A stretch of DNA of 63,014 nt, filler included, from Choristocarpus tenellus KU-1152 (lineage: Eukaryota > Protista > Phaeophyceae), in NCBI GenBank assembly GCA_964200185.2. It is 7 parts of 7 records of this genome, joined end to end, with 100 filler letters (N's around TTAATTAATTAA, not from the genome) between each part and the next. Parts side by side here need not be neighbours in the genome. Positions count along the whole stretch, not along the records: positions 1 to 24,472 come from CAXNAD020000210.1; positions 24,573 to 33,869 come from CAXNAD020003803.1; 5 more parts are not named here. One strand, given 5' to 3'. The notes below the pieces were generated by a model that did no database searches, was not told the DNA's origin, and worked only from the letters and a program-made list of their open reading frames with translations. The position numbers and the translations under genes were made by a program. Below, one piece after another: positions 1 to 25,029 of the stretch (position 1 is its first letter; each line of letters begins with the position of its first letter).

Positions 1-973
1 GGGTGCTCTCTCTTATTATCTTATTGTTTATTACCTATATCAGCTGACTCATCACCTGACACATCAAGGACGTGTCCTGCCGTTACATCGTACTATGTCA
101 CTTATTCTGTGTAGCTAGTACTATGTCAGAACTCCTCCATCAGTCCATTTATATCAAGCAATAAGAAATCGATCATCTGAGATTCGACCTCATTACTTTA
201 CGCACACGAACACAAGTCAATGACACTTGTTCCACTTAGCCAACATTCCGGTTGTCTCGTAGTGTTCACTAAACACCTATAAACCATATAGACTATCAGC
301 CTATATTGCACAAATTTGACATCTTGCTACCATTGAGGACTCCCACAAACTCGCATCAAAACACATTTTTTGGAAGAAGAGGGCCGTTGGTGATCCTGTC
401 GTGCATGTGATACTGCATGTTAGAAATCAAAATACTAACTGAACTGAGTGCAGGCGGGACGAGATGGACGAAGGATTGGATTGTTGTGTAGTTCTTGGGG
501 TCAAAGTGTGACATTGTGTTCAGATTATCAAAGAGCTCTGAAATTTTCTGACTAATGCTCTTGTGTCTCATGCCAATTACCGGAGGAAGTTGGTGTTTCC
601 AAGACGAGCCTTGGAAAATCTCTCGAGCTGAATTTGTCCTTGGCTTCAAATAAAAAATGGTCAAAGTATTGGCAAGGGGCTGGAGACTGCATGCAGGTCT
701 CCACTCAATGAAGAAGAAAGTACATAACTAGCTAGTCCATATTATGGGCCCACCTGAGTGCATGATAACGATCATCCTCCAGAGCTTCTGAAAGGATGGT
801 TGGAATCTGAACTGTTTTATCATAGCTTCCGCTTCACTCTCTCCCCCAATACATGCCCACTGCTCAAGCATGCACCTACTCCGGCTCTTGAGGCCCTAAC
901 TTCGCCTACATATTACCACCGCCCTACATTTTGCAATGCGACAATTAACATAACCTGCGAATGTCTTCACGGT

Positions 974-1015
<42 letters not shown>

Positions 1016-1086
1016 CCCTCCTCCTCTTCTTCTTCTCTCTTCCTCTGTTGTGGGTGGCGTTGGAGGGGTTTGGGNNNNNNNNNNCC

Positions 1087-1119
<33 letters not shown>

Positions 1120-1157
1120 TTTCTCCATCAAACAATCAAAAAACCCCCCCCCTCTTC

Positions 1158-1191
<34 letters not shown>

Positions 1192-1443
1192 ATTGTCTGC
1201 TTCCTTTCTATCTTCTTTTGTGTGGGGGGCCGGTAACACCTATATCATCAAAAACTGACAATATGTATACATTTCACAACTCCACCATCAACAACATGTC
1301 GACACACGAACACGCACACGCAAAATCAAAGTCTCCAACATGTGGGAGGGGGGGGGTTAGACTCAAAGTCCCTGAGCACAGGGATCGAGATGGTGGGTAG
1401 TTTTTTGGGTCACGAGTGGGATGTGGTGGGGGGTGGCTTCCAG

Positions 1444-3921
1444 GCATTCTTAGGAGCTGGTGTGGAGAAAATTCAAGAGCTAGGTCCGCTGGGACCCATT
1501 TACTTCGGTGTGTTGTATGTTCTGGCAGAGGTGCTGGCGATACCAGCACTCCCCTTAACGGCATCCTCAGGCTTTTTGTTTGGGATAAAGGGGGGCACTG
1601 CAGTGGTGCTGGTTAGTGCCACAGTGGCAGCAGGGATCTCTTTCCTGCTCGGGAGGACCTTGTTGAGGTGGGAAGAGTGCTCTGTGTTGATGGTACAGTA
1701 ATGATGGTTTGTGGGTCGATTTGGTTGTGGTAGAAATTCAGGGGGGTGTGCTGTGGGGTGTGAATGTCTGGGTTTGAAGATTGCAGGGAAGGGGGAGGGG
1801 TGGGTGGTGAACATACCATTTGTGGATAGTGGAGAACAGTTTTCGTCATCTGTTGGTGATGCTGCTGTAGAGAAGATGGTTAGAGAGAGGAGCATCACCA
1901 ATTGATGAGTGGGAAATGGATTTACTTTTTCAGATGGAAAGGCATGCTAGGATACGTAGTCATCTGCACAGCACTCTTCTTCATGTTCTGATTCTTCACT
2001 CCACTTTTGTGCCTCTACTTTGTAAAGGTCTCTCTCTTTTTTGTTTTTTTTGTGTGCTGAGTGTACTTGGGAGTGCCGACGCGAAGGGCAGTAGCAACAC
2101 TCTCCAGTGCGTTTGTGAGCCGAACAGATTGAATTCGATTGGATTGGAAATGTTTTGTGCGTCTAAGAAGAAGGTACCTGAGAAGATTGAACTCCTTGGG
2201 CAGAGGGTAGAATGCAGGATCCGCATTGAACTAATCTTTTAAATACTGAAGGCAAAACCTCTTGGTTAGGTTAGGTGCCTCTCACGTGAGAAACAGGCCA
2301 TTTTTTCCAAAAAGAACTGAAAAGGTTCTTTGCATCGAGTGATGCCCTGGTCTTAGATGGCGTGCTCTCAGCCTGTCTGCACTTGCACGGCTCAATGAAC
2401 CAATCGCCCTTCCGATTTTCTATTCTTGTCGGAGAACCGATTTATTGTTGGGCTCAGCCCATTGAAGTCCTAGCTGGTCCAAGGATCACCTATAAGCGGG
2501 TGTACGTGTAGTTGATCATTTAGTTCCCAGCTCGGCTCCCTCCTCCCACCGGCGCCTTCCTCACTCAACTGCCTTGTATGCCGCCCGCCTGCCCTTCAGG
2601 GAACGTGTTGAGGGCCTCCTTGCAGACAATGCTCGATTCCGGGCTATTGATCAGACCATTGGGAAAGAGGGTTTCAAGATCATCTTCCTGCTGCGTCTGA
2701 GTCCCATTTTTCCTTTCGCCCTCAGCAACTACCTCTATGGGCTAACTTCAGTGAATTTCTGGGAGTATATCTCGGGCACTATGTTGGGCTTCTTCCCTGG
2801 GACGCTGGCATACGTCTACACAGGCACGGTGAGATGGACTGGGGGTGGGGGTTGTGCTACAGAGGAGCTGTGACAGTGGCTCCAGATCTAGGGAATAAGA
2901 CGTTAAGTCTGGGGTTGTAAATTGACTGAGCTTACGATTTGGGACTGTCGTCTGTTGGTTTTAGCAAAGGCCTGGGTGGCGTGTGTCAGTGGAGATTGAA
3001 AAAGAAGGTAAATGTCTCTGTCTTATGAATGGCCTCATCAGTGAAAAACATTTGGGACTGTCTCCTATTCTGCTTCAAACTCCTTACCAAAATGTTGCTC
3101 TCAGTAGTGGTAGTGTTCAGGAGATGAGGGCTTCGCCTTAATGCTTGGCCACGTACCCATGCAAAGCCCACGTCACATTTACAAGTGCATGATGCCAATG
3201 AAGTGCAGTCATTGAGCGAGTAGCTCAGCACTTTTATGTTTTTAACTTCTTGTCGGTGTTCAGATGCATCCAACCAATTAATGTCGATGCATATTCACAA
3301 CTCCGGTAAATGCTCAAGAATCGCTAGTGTGTTTTGGAGGGATAAGAATTGTGCCCATGTGACCCTCTCTCCAACAGAGTCCAACTCTTGCTTGTACTGC
3401 CTAATTCAGTCACCTTTCAACCTCTCCTTCCATCTTGACAATCTCGATTGTCAATCGAAAATATTGACAAGTCTGTATTTTTTTGCTTTTATCAGATCAT
3501 ACCAATATTCCGTTAATTTATTTTCAAACAGCCATGCTGTCATCCCAATCCCTGCGTTCCAGTTTCAAGCACACAATAGATACAAGTAGATGTCAGGTCC
3601 ATGGAGGTCGCCACCAAATGGCATCAGCTGTCGGGAAAATCTAAAACTCCTTGTCTTCCCCCCTTGCTCGCGCTACCCTCTCCTCTCCTCCTTGCATGGG
3701 ACACTGCTGCATCCAAATGATGGACTGGAAATCTCGTTTCTAAACTCCAGCTGGGCAAGAGCTTCACAGAGGGTGGTGTGACCTTGCCATGGTACGTTTA
3801 TGCTGTGGGGTTCGCGCTTGCAGCCTTTGCCCTCAAGACTGTAGGGGATCTGGCCACCAAGGCGGTGGAAGAGATAGAGCAAGAGGACGAGGAACCAGCA
3901 GTGGATGGCAACCGAAAATGA
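1444..3921 (+). CDS. TVP38/TMEM64-family (SNARE-associated/VTT, DedA superfamily) membrane protein; 5' exon(s) not identified. Exons 1444-1667, 2600-2828, 3751-3921
   Basis: Phase-consistent spliced translation ...LGPLGPIYFGVLYVLAEVLAIPALPLTASSGFLFG...SATVAAGISFLLGRTLLR|ERVE...FRAIDQTIGKEGFKIIFLLRLSPIFPFALSNYLYGLT...GTMLGFFPGTLAYVYTGT|LGKSF...LPWYVYAVGFALAAFALK...*. The LLRLSPxxPF..NY..G motif is typical of the family. GT-AG junctions. Confidence 0.9.
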
Positions 3922-4949
3922 GATTGAGAGGCATCACTCTGTCGTGTTAGTGGATCTCCTTGCTTACATAACCCCTGCATGTGTTCCTGGCATTTTCTTT
4001 TTAAACTCTTCTGAACTATTACAGTTCATGTTGCAATCTAGGTGGCTCATCTGTACCTTGCTCACTGTCAGGCACAATCGAGCATCAGTGCCACAATGCA
4101 CTTGTGCACACATTGCTCCTTGTTGAGAGAAAGGCATCAGAATCCTCTTCTTCAGTAAGAAGGGGAACGATTGCCAGCAAGTTGTCATGTGAAGCAGCAA
4201 CATTTGAATTAATGATCTGATGGAGAGATAATTGTTTCCGAGTAAACGGTTGATCGATTGTGTGTATTGCTCTGTGAATGCTGTGTGCAGAATGGTGTCC
4301 CCGCGTACTCTTTTGGATGAAGGGTGGTAGGGGAGTTGGAGGAGAGGAGCAGTGTGCTCGTCCTGTAGCGTGATCAGAGAGGGAAATGGAAGAACCAGGA
4401 CAGATACAGCTACGTGTCACATGAGCCTCTGTTGCCCTTTCCTTTGTTGTCCTCTCATTTCGTAGGATGACTGTGTAGACAGCAAAAGGTATAGGAAGGT
4501 ATAGGAAAATATGAGAACTTTTGCCAAGAAGGCACAGATGAAAATGTTTTGGTGGGAGGATGCAGGGAGAACAGTGTAAAACAGGCGAATGCCTGCTAGT
4601 TCGTCACCTGTATTGGGAGGGGGAACAATGTAGATGTTATGTAGGGGTGAGTGCGCCTGAAACATGAACCAGCTGACTGCTCCGTGAGTACCACTAAAAA
4701 GCTTCAGGTGTTGGGGAGAGGGGAAATCGACTTAAGGGAGCAACAAAATGTGCTTGTTGTAATTGTGCGCGGGGTATGCCCAACATGCCCTTGCTCTTCT
4801 CCACTGCCTCCATACCCAGAACCAACGGGTCAGATAGGAGGAAGTATGAATGGTTTGAAAGTTTTGTTCGTGCTGTCTTTTCCTGCATCAGTTGGCGACT
4901 TAGGTTGTGTTAGTTGAACTTTTTTTTGTTGAAATTGAGTTAGTACAGT

Positions 4950-6900
4950 AGATAAGGATGTACATTGGGTAGTGTTGAAAACTGGGCAGAGAGGTTCTCC
5001 CATACCTACACCTTTTTCAAGAAGAGTATACTTTGGACTGACTACCATTCCCAACATATTCTGGTCGTGGAAGAAGGTATCGGCACAATGTCTAAAGGTT
5101 GAAGAGGGATGCTCTTTTTGTGTGCTCCCAGATTATGCAAGTTGATTATTTAGGTATCATGAGACGCTACTCGCTTTGTGTTGCTTGAGATTCCTTTCTT
5201 GATGTTTGGCAGATGACAGCTGTAGCCTTTAAATGTAGAGGCGAGTTAGTGGTTGAGGGTCCAATCAACCTAAGTGTGCGGTCTCAAGTTTCTTTTTACG
5301 CCACAAGTGCTACAATTAGAGATCGCCAACAAGATGAGTGGGTGCAGCACACAGAACATTAAATTAACCTTTTGTTGCAGTGATAAGATGTTTGGTTGGA
5401 GTACTGCAACAACAGTAGTAGTGGCAGTGTCAGAGAATGATTTTGTAATGGTACATGAGATCCTTTGCTGTTGCTGTTGTAGACATCTAAACAAAGGGTT
5501 ACCCAGCAATGTATTGATAGTGAGTCAAAGTGCTAACTAATTATTGTATTCAAGCAGTAAGAAGTGGGTTGAGTTCGAACATCATAACTTGATCATCTCT
5601 CCATACTTCCAAATTCTGTTATCAAATTTACATGTTGTGGCTACTCTCCATCTAGGTGACTTTTTGACATTCGGCGTTCATCGGTGATATAATAGATGGT
5701 AATTAGGCTACTTACAATAGTTTCATTGCTTCTGTTAAATACGAACTCCTACCTAGTCAGCAGACCTTCTTAAGATAGAATGTTCGGATGACCTCCTATT
5801 TCGTGTTAGGCGCTGACTGTACAAGGACCCTTGCTTGGATGATATTGGAAGTAGATAAAACTTTAGAATATCTGGTGGAGAGGAAGGAGTTACGCTTAAG
5901 TATACACAGGGTGTTGTACATATTCCAAATTTGTTAGGGCGTGCTAGAAAAATATATGCAACGCGTATGTATCAGAGTATGTAACATACACTGCAACGGA
6001 TCGCTGTGGTTCCTTGTTACGTGTGAGTCGTTTGTCATTTCGAAATCAACCAGAAACGATCGTGTACTCGTAGTAGTCCTACTAATATAATTGAACATGA
6101 TGAGTAGAAATTGATCTATTAGCACCTTTCAGGACATGAAACTAGTGAGTGGGCGTAAAAACCTGGGGTGGACATAAGATTTCTAGGTACTCAAATATAA
6201 CCTAATTTTAGTGAATGAATGTGAAAGATAACCACGCTCCCTACGAATTCTTCAAAAAATGTTTTTAGAGGCAATAATAGAAATGGTGACAGGTGCATAA
6301 ACTTGCTAAAAAAAATCCATTATAATTCCTGATGAATGAACTTGTTTCCATAGCATAGGTTTCAATATATCGTAGCAAGTCCTGTTCACCTATGAGGTTG
6401 TATCAACTACCGTATGGAAGGCCTCTCTGTCTTGACCCACGCTAGAAGGATTGTGCTTGCTTTGACGTTGGCATCGATATTGGCATGTCCAATAGGGTCT
6501 ACTGTTCATGAGGAACCCAATAGTGAGCACACCCCACTCTAATTTGTCCTGTAGGAGGATATCATTTGACCAAGGGTACCCATCGTGTGAATTTGTTCAG
6601 TGCATTCATCCTCACTATTGTTCTGAATTGTGTCAAAAATGTATTATTTTCGCGGTAGAACAATGCGAAAATTGTGTAAAGTGTGTGTTTGCAGTGTGTG
6701 GTGTACATGGAAAGAGGGGTCATACTGTGGACTCAATCATACCCTGTTCTGGGGTCTCTTCACATTGATTCCCATATGGTCCGTTCAAGAACCCAAAATC
6801 TCTTCAGAGCGGCAAGTTCCCTTCGAATCTCTTCAAGGGTAATGGTTCCGTGGTGTACTTTAGACAAGCCGCCGTGGGATCTCTCTTGAACTACCTTGTC
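4950..6900 (-). mobile_element. Highly degenerate Ty1/Copia LTR retrotransposon pol relic (RT/RNase H); may extend to ~8300
   Basis: Broken minus-strand motifs resembling Copia QxxGIDFxxxYAPV (~6290-6345), xxPPGF (~6160-6185), WxxKK (~5290) and RYHFxREYVxNG (~5040-5090), in Copia order, with many stops and frameshifts. Boundaries approximate. Confidence 0.5.
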
Positions 6901-7003
6901 TTCATTGAGTGAGTCAAAGTAATGGAGAAGGTACCCAGGTTTTGGGCGGTTCGCATTTATAGTCAGTTTTTCGATCTTTCGCAACTCAACCACATTTATT
7001 TAT

Positions 7004-7182
7004 GGCTAAAAGTATCTGGGGGGTGGTGTTGGCTGTCCATTTGGGGTCAATTTTTTCATGTCGCAATTTTTGTGTGATTTGGTTGCATATGTCGGATGGA
7101 TAATACGAATCCACTTTTCCTGATTTTGGTCCAAATGGACACCCTGGTTTAGAACTCACCCCCCTCCCAGATACTTTGGGTC
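7004..7182 (+). mobile_element. MITE family A (~178 bp)
   Basis: TIRs GGCTAAAAGTATCTGGGGGG...CCCAGATACTTTGGGTC. Internal sequence shared with copies at 7702, 33514, 33970, 53332, 58519 and 62027. Confidence 0.85.
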
Positions 7183-7701
7183 TGAGTACTCTGGACCACA
7201 TAGTGAGCTATTACTTACTCATTGTACTACCATCAATCCCTCCCTTCTTCATTACCATTACTCGAAGTTTCACTCTTAACACATTCTGGACTACTGGTAA
7301 ATATCTGCAACTACTATTATTGTCGTACATCTGGATGACGCATACTACTTTCTCATGCTGGTTGCACTTCGTCACGTGCATTGTATGTAACCATGGTGTG
7401 TTCTCCTTACATCCATCCATACAATATCCTTTCGTCTTTTTCCTCACGATGAACAACAAAAAAATACTTTCTCCACGTGGTTCTGTCAAACTCTAGTACA
7501 ACCACTAATTCCTGGGTGACAGCAGATACACCTTCTTAATCTCGTAAGTTCAAATTCCAATGTTGTTTAATTATGGATCTCAGTTGTGCCTTAAAATGAC
7601 CAGTCTACTACTGAACATTCTAGTGTAGTTCCTTATCACGTATAGTATGCAATGTATCTTCTATTTTCTTCAACATCATCATGCCTTCAAAGACAACTTC
7701 A

Positions 7702-7880
7702 GGCTCAAAAGTATCCGGGGGGGGGTGATAACTGTCAAATTGGGAACAATTTTTTAATGTCGCAGTTTTGGGGTGATTTGGTTGCATACGTTGGATGGAT
7801 AATGTAAGTGCACTTTCCTGGTTACTGGTCAAATGGACATCCTGGTGAAGACCCCCCCCCCTCCCCAGATACTTTGGGTC
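7702..7880 (+). mobile_element. MITE family A with 4-bp TSD TTCA
   Basis: ttca|GGCTCAAAAGTATCC...CAGATACTTTGGGTC|ttca. Confidence 0.9.
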
Positions 7881-9753
7881 TTCACGCGAGAAATAGAACC
7901 AATGAAAAAATATAGAGGAAAAAAATATAGAGTAGAAAATACGAAATAATGATAAGGGACGAATTTATGAAGGGGAAAAACAGGTATTATCCATGTCCAG
8001 TCACTAGAGGTCACCACAGGTCGCGTTTACCATTGAACACGCTCATAAGGTGGTGACCAGCGAAGAGATCTTCAGACTACGCATCTTGAAGCCTCCACCA
8101 GCAACCCCCGCGTGCGTCAATCTGACTCACAGGTCACAAGGCACTCTAAGACGCCCAACATGTACTCTAACTTGTTTATATCCATGCAGTCAGCGGTTCT
8201 CACTGCCCCCCTCGGCAATTGAGCGGTCCGCTTCACACACTAAGATAAGATTATAATATTCACAATACTTGTGCTTCGGAATGGAAACATTATGGCAGTT
8301 GGAAGGACGGTATAGCTGAGCGAGTAAAGCCTTACTTCTTACTTGGAAATAGTACATGGCCATTATTGCTTCAAAATAATTTTAGTAGCCATCACCCGCC
8401 CTTTCCTATAGGATACAGCCACATGTCAATTTCCTCCAGTGATCCCAAAGTTGGATCTAATAGTTATGAAGTGAGGTAAAATACTGAAATGTAACAATAT
8501 ATTATACTAAGTAGTCGTACTGGAGTATGTATCCTCCAAATGTTTTTGCCATCCCACTTACTTCATTAATTATATACAAAAGACCTTTATGCAGACGAGA
8601 CTACAAAAAATCTTGTAGTACATGAACCAAATAATGACATGTTGAAAATGATAATGAAAACAGGACCCTACTTTCGACTGTGCTATTGTGCAAGACTCAG
8701 TCAGAATAGTAGATTGGTTGCTACCATTTGTGGAACCTTCCACTTAGCTTTAGTCTTGAGTCTCTACATACATGGACTGTGGCCCGCTTGCTGGTGCTTG
8801 AGAAAAGTCCAGTGTCTGGGCATGCTTTGTTCGGGTGCAGTACTACAAATAGTTGAAACATGTTTATTACTGTGTGGTTATATTTAACCTTCTACTGAGA
8901 TACAAGTTTTGATATATAGTACCGTATTGTCATCTCTTTGATCCACAGTGGTTTAGGGTTGAGTAAGGTAGGGGCACCAAGCCCAATGTAAAAAATGAAT
9001 TGGGCCAGTGCACGTCTTAGTGAAAGGTCCGGTCCTTAGTTGGTCTGTTGTTCGCCTGACGCACGTACCTGAAAAAAATCCCTTCTCCTCCTCCTTGATA
9101 AGTTAGTCTCCACGCTGTAGATTGACCTAATCTCTTAAAAGCACAAAATAGGTATTTATAGCACTGGTTGAATCAATTCTCCAATAGCTCAACTATCAAC
9201 CACGTTTGGAGCATCTTCTATCAATAATTGCCAAAAGCCTAAGTCTTAGGGGTCTGACTTCACATTTGCTTTGATGAGTTGCCCTTTGATACACAGAAAA
9301 CACAAGAAACATGGTCACACAGGGGCACACATACACACAAAAGCAAAGCAAAAAATTCAGCCAGGGAGAAGGAGAAGAAGCCACGACGAAGCCAACATGC
9401 CTTGTACATGGATGAAACAGTACCCAGCAAATGAAGCACATCACCCGTCCCAAAAATATACTACTTAATATAAAGCAGAGACTCCTCTCCTCTCCTGTCT
9501 GTTGCCACTAAAAAACACACAACAGTATTATTTCCTGTGCTTCCTCTCTGGCTATAGAGATTCTTACCATGCAAAACACAGATCACTGGCATTGAGATCC
9601 GCTTTGTGATATAACCCTCCTTACTGCGCACTGCCTCCTGACTCTTCTCCTCTGGAGCCTTTTTTCCCTTTCTCTCTTCCCCCTCTCCCCCCCCCGTAGT
9701 TGGGGAGTTTCTAAAACAAGAATGCAATCACAGTTCCCTTCTTTCAACAGTAG

Positions 9754-12700
9754 TCATCCCGCATTGTAGTCATTGACTTGACGATCCACAGCGAGTCGAA
9801 ATCTTTCTGACACAATGGGCTTTGCTAGTGGAGAGAATGGGTTGCGAAGATAATTCACGTAGAAATCATGAACAGTCACAAATACCTGGGATGGGTCAGA
9901 AGGGTAGAAGCAGGTGGGGGGGTGGCAAGCGGGGAAGGCATCAGGATGATACGCTTAACCTTGCATGTATAGCGTTAGCAAGGTGGGTTGGGGGAACGGG
10001 TGGGGAGGGCAGCTTTGGTTTGCAAAGTTCAGGATGAGGACACTTGGTCAATGTTGGTTCTGGGAATTTTCCTTGTGGTATTTGCGTGTTGTGGTTGAAG
10101 GTTTGGTGGTGGTTCTGTTTTTCAATGCGAACTTGGGGCAAATATCAGAGGGATACAGAGGTGGCACTTTGGCATCATAACCTCTATCTGAACGACCAAA
10201 GTGGTTGAACACAAGGCATTACTCCTCTTCTGTAACTGTCATACAACTCTCAATCTGGGCAAACACCCTCTTTTCTGTTTGACGGGAAGCCATGCAGTCA
10301 CTACTGCAGCGACTACTCTTTTGTCTGTTGACCCCCTCCTCCCTTCCAATCATTGCTGTCCGACAAATGGTGATAAATGCAACCAGTCTAGTATGGACTG
10401 TACATGCAACACTCTATGCACAGTAAACTGTATTCCATATGTTGAAACTATTTAAAAGGACAGGTAGGTGATATAAACGCCAAGCTCTGGCCAAGTCACA
10501 CAAGACGATTGTTTAAACCTTTCCACTTTTTTTTCTGAATTTACTTTGATCTATTTAGTCAGACATCATTTTTTTTTTTTAGAGTGTGCACTAAGCTGAA
10601 GTTTATTGCTTAGTGCTTGCTCTTTGATAAATTGATACAAAAAAAAATAATGTTCTTCCAAATGACCTCGCGCAGACTTCCACTCTATATTAAGGATACC
10701 CTTTAAAATGTCAGTTGGTGATTAAATAGCACCCTCATTCCCCACACCAAAACCACGTATCACTCCAAATGTTTTGATATTTGAATTTCCACTGACGTCA
10801 ATTGCTACAATAGTTCCACCCAAACTCCACATCACGAAGTAGTTCATCATTCAAAACTAGGTGAAAGTATGAGAGATATGATTTGGGAGTTGTGCAACAC
10901 ATTCCAAAATAAAAACGTTTCATACTGATTTCTCTAGGCATATAAAAAGTAGAAAAAACAACAAAGTATGTAAGTTGCACAAACTTTCTACTTTTATCTG
11001 GATATATCATTTTCGGAAGACAGCTCCGAGCCTGGATTTGAGTAGATCTTGTCCAGATGCAGACGCCTCTTACTTGGTAATAATCCAGAAAAAATGGCAG
11101 AGAAAAAAACGCAAAATGGTCCTGTGGTGTTTGTTGTAACAGATAATCTGTTTAGAAAATTCTAGTATGGGAAAACAGATAACCAATCTCCAAATTTAGA
11201 CCAATTTGAGAAAGAGGAACTGAATCTACACTGCCATTCTTCTTATTCCTCGAGGGAAAAGAGGTTCCAAGGTGTCACCCTGAATAGTAGCTCTTGGCTT
11301 CTCTCAATTGTCCTGTAGTGGCCTGTAGCAACCCATTTGGAGCTATGGAGCTTAAGGTGCGGGCTCTACAAAAAAAATATGGTTTAATTGGACACCCTTG
11401 AAATGATAGTCCGTGCAGTACATATTGTAATCTTAATTCCTTCACATAACAGTTTTTTCTTTGAAATGAGTATGTCAATCACAATGACATAATGCCTCAG
11501 GCCGTTTCCTGATTGGTGGGGTGTCATTTTCAGAGGATTATAGAAATCATTACAATTCAGAACACACAATTCTCACAATGAAACTTCAATATTGGATTTG
11601 GAATTCTCTTGTTGAGGCCATCACTCCGGTCCTTGACTCATCTTTCAAATCCAAAAACTACAAAAGTCACTGCCCCACACTCAGTTGTGGATATTTATTT
11701 CATTGCATAGCCAACGGACCCAAATGAAGGATGCAAAAATGTGGTACTGAATTGAAAAAAACCCCAGGCACAATGGTATTTATAGACTATGAGTGTTTCA
11801 CCTCAATGCTATGAAAAAAATCCAGCTTACTGTCCAGGTTGAATGAACAGTATGAACATAACTTTTCAAGTAACACCTATTCCCATGTTTTATTCCCTGA
11901 GGCAGAGAATTTCAATTTCCATACTGATAGAAGTCAATGTTGTTTTTCTGCACTTACACACAACAGCCAACCTAGAACCTTCTCTCACACTGCGTCCATG
12001 ACAATCCAATCCCCACTCACATCCACCTCACCTTGTTGAGATCTGCCTCTCTAATGACATTGGAGTCCTCCAATACTGCTACCAGCTTCACTCGTGTACT
12101 GGTCACATAGCCATATACCCTATATTCATCAATGGGGCACAAGTGTCCCAGAGACATGTCCCCGACCCCAACACCGCCCCCAACCCCTCCATTCCTTCCT
12201 TTCCAGTTCGTTCCGGAGGGAAGGTGAGGGGATAGGGGGAGAAAAATGGTGAGCAGGGGCAAGAGGGATGAAGGTTGGTTGATGGTAAAAGATAAACTGT
12301 GGCTTTGGTGGAGTGGATTGGAGAGGGACTCTTGTGCACATCTTGACTGCGAGTGAATAGTAGAAAGGTACTCCCTTTTGATGTGTGAGAAATATCATGT
12401 GCTATTTATTGCTAAAGGAGTGTAGGCAAACCTGTGAGGATCAATCCTTGTCAGAATCATACGAATTCGGTTGACTATGCTCTTGCAGTAAAGTGAAAAA
12501 AGAACCATGAAAAAATAAGGAGTGCAGTAGGAACTATGCACCTCTGTGAACACTAGTGGGTGGAGATAACGTACAATTGTTTGGATGATTGGAATCATGC
12601 GTTTCATGGCGATGGGCAGTGATGAGGTGGAGCGACTGTAATGGGGTGGAGGAGTAGAGGGCATTATATATTGAGGCTGATAAAAAATACAGTGGAACTC

Positions 12701-13442
12701 TAGTAGCGTGCCAGATTGACTGGACTTGGCTAGTATCTACGTTTCCTCAAGAATTCGCGCACCAAGCATGGTAGATTTTTTTTCGTGCAAACCTATGATC
12801 CACACCGCGTATTAGCTATGGTTGAGAGTCCGTACTGCAACTCCTGGGAACACTTGGTGCCCACGCTACGCAGTGTGAATCATGACCTTAGGTGAAGGCT
12901 CCGTAGCTCTACCCACGGGTTTCTACCCCAACATCTTGATCCATCTAACAAATAGTAATGGCCACCATCATGTAGGGCATGTTCCGATGACAGAGGGGGA
13001 ACATATGAAAGAGCACTACATACTGCTCCACAAATCCTGACGTCCGTCTGTTACCTCTTCGTTCATTGAAGACATCAAGCGAACTGTGGACGATATTGTG
13101 CAAACGTAGCATACTGTCTCCATCATCTTCCTTATCGGTGTCCGTATACGTTCGCAAGAACAGAGGCTCATTCTGCAGTTGCGGATTGGGTGTCCGTGTA
13201 AGATGGAGGCATCATCGCTGACAGACTCTTGGGGAGAATTTCATACTTGTAAGACCAACTTTCAATGGCACATACTTTCAGTTAATCGTATTTAAACTCA
13301 TCAAATAACTATGGAGAATACTTCAAGCATCACCAACAGCAACTGGGTGAGACGAGGATTGAAACACGCGATCGTCCATGCGGCTTTTCAGAAGACCATA
13401 CCTCCTCACCTGTCTACCGATGGCTGCAAAGCATACAATCAT
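9754..13442 (-). CDS. TRAPPC2L: Trafficking protein particle complex subunit 2-like (Sedlin family), complete, ~149 aa. Exons 13410-13442, 13055-13172, 12032-12198, 9754-9885
   Basis: MIVCFAAIGRQ|NEPLFLRTY...LRLHNIVHSSLDVFNERR|G...DMSLGHLCPIDEYRVYGYVTSTRVKLVAVLED...|VFVTVHDFYVNYLRNPFSPLAKPIVSERFRLAVDRQVNDYNAG*. The NxPLF, VHSSLD, VYGYxTxTxxK and NPF motifs match Sedlin/TRAPPC2L. Exon lengths sum to 450 nt in frame. Confidence 0.92.
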
Positions 13443-24384
<10,942 letters not shown>

Positions 24385-24472
24385 GTAATCGCAGCCCCTT
24401 GTCCCCCGTACTCACACACATGATCCTATACCTGCCCCTGTATCAATCACCCCTCCCTCTGCCTGAACCCTG

Positions 24473-24572
24473 NNNNNNNNNNNNNNNNNNNNNNNNNNNN
24501 NNNNNNNNNNNNNNNNTTAATTAATTAANNNNNNNNNNNNNNNNNNNNNNNNNNNNNNNNNNNNNNNNNNNN
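24473..24572. other. Artificial contig linker (N44-TTAATTAATTAA-N44)
   Basis: Six-frame-stop spacer flanked by Ns. Confidence 0.98.
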
Positions 24573-24784
24573 GTGCGACCAAATCATTCCAAAAAAGTGA
24601 AAATCGAAAAAGGGTAAAAAACGGACGCCGACACCCCCCCCTCAGATACTTTGACCCTATTGTCTGAAAATATTTGACACAATTCAGAAAATAAGCTGTT
24701 TGCATGTGAAAAAATAGACATACTCTGTACAAATTTGTCAGAATCCTTAAAACGACTCTGGGTACATCTCAATTACTTTGACTC
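24573..24784. mobile_element. Ends of two related TIR elements (GATACTTTGACCC ending 24657; ATTACTTTGACTC ending 24784)
   Basis: Same terminal motif as MITE-A/B. The 24784 end matches GAGTCAAAGTAAT-GAGA-GTACCCAG at ~6911. Confidence 0.6.
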
Positions 24785-25029
24785 ATTGCAAGAAACAATA
24801 AGTATCCTTCTTCAAAGAAAAAGAGCTAGTGGTATCATATAGCATCATGGTCAAGTTTAAGATTATTTTAGCAGTTTTTTCCTAACCCACATCACAGTAC
24901 CGAGAGCTTACAACGAATATAGCCAATAAAAAAGTTGTGTACCACCTTCATAAGCTAGACATGTATTCTGAGGTCTGACGCATTAAATGTTCGAATTTGT
25001 GGTGAAATTCAACACACCAAAGAAAGTGG

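Noticed and set aside
1-960. Possible Copia RNase H tail (VFTKHL) and DDE-transposase-like fragments, or the missing TVP38 5' exon
   Set aside because: Motifs too degraded to choose among these.
975-1190. Long poly-C runs giving poly-Pro/poly-Gly ORFs; possible G4/i-motif
   Set aside because: Adjacent to an N gap and low in complexity, so likely a sequencing or assembly artefact. The ORFs are not credible.
24517-24528. Recurrent TTAATTAATTAA palindrome
   Set aside because: Artificial linker, not biological.
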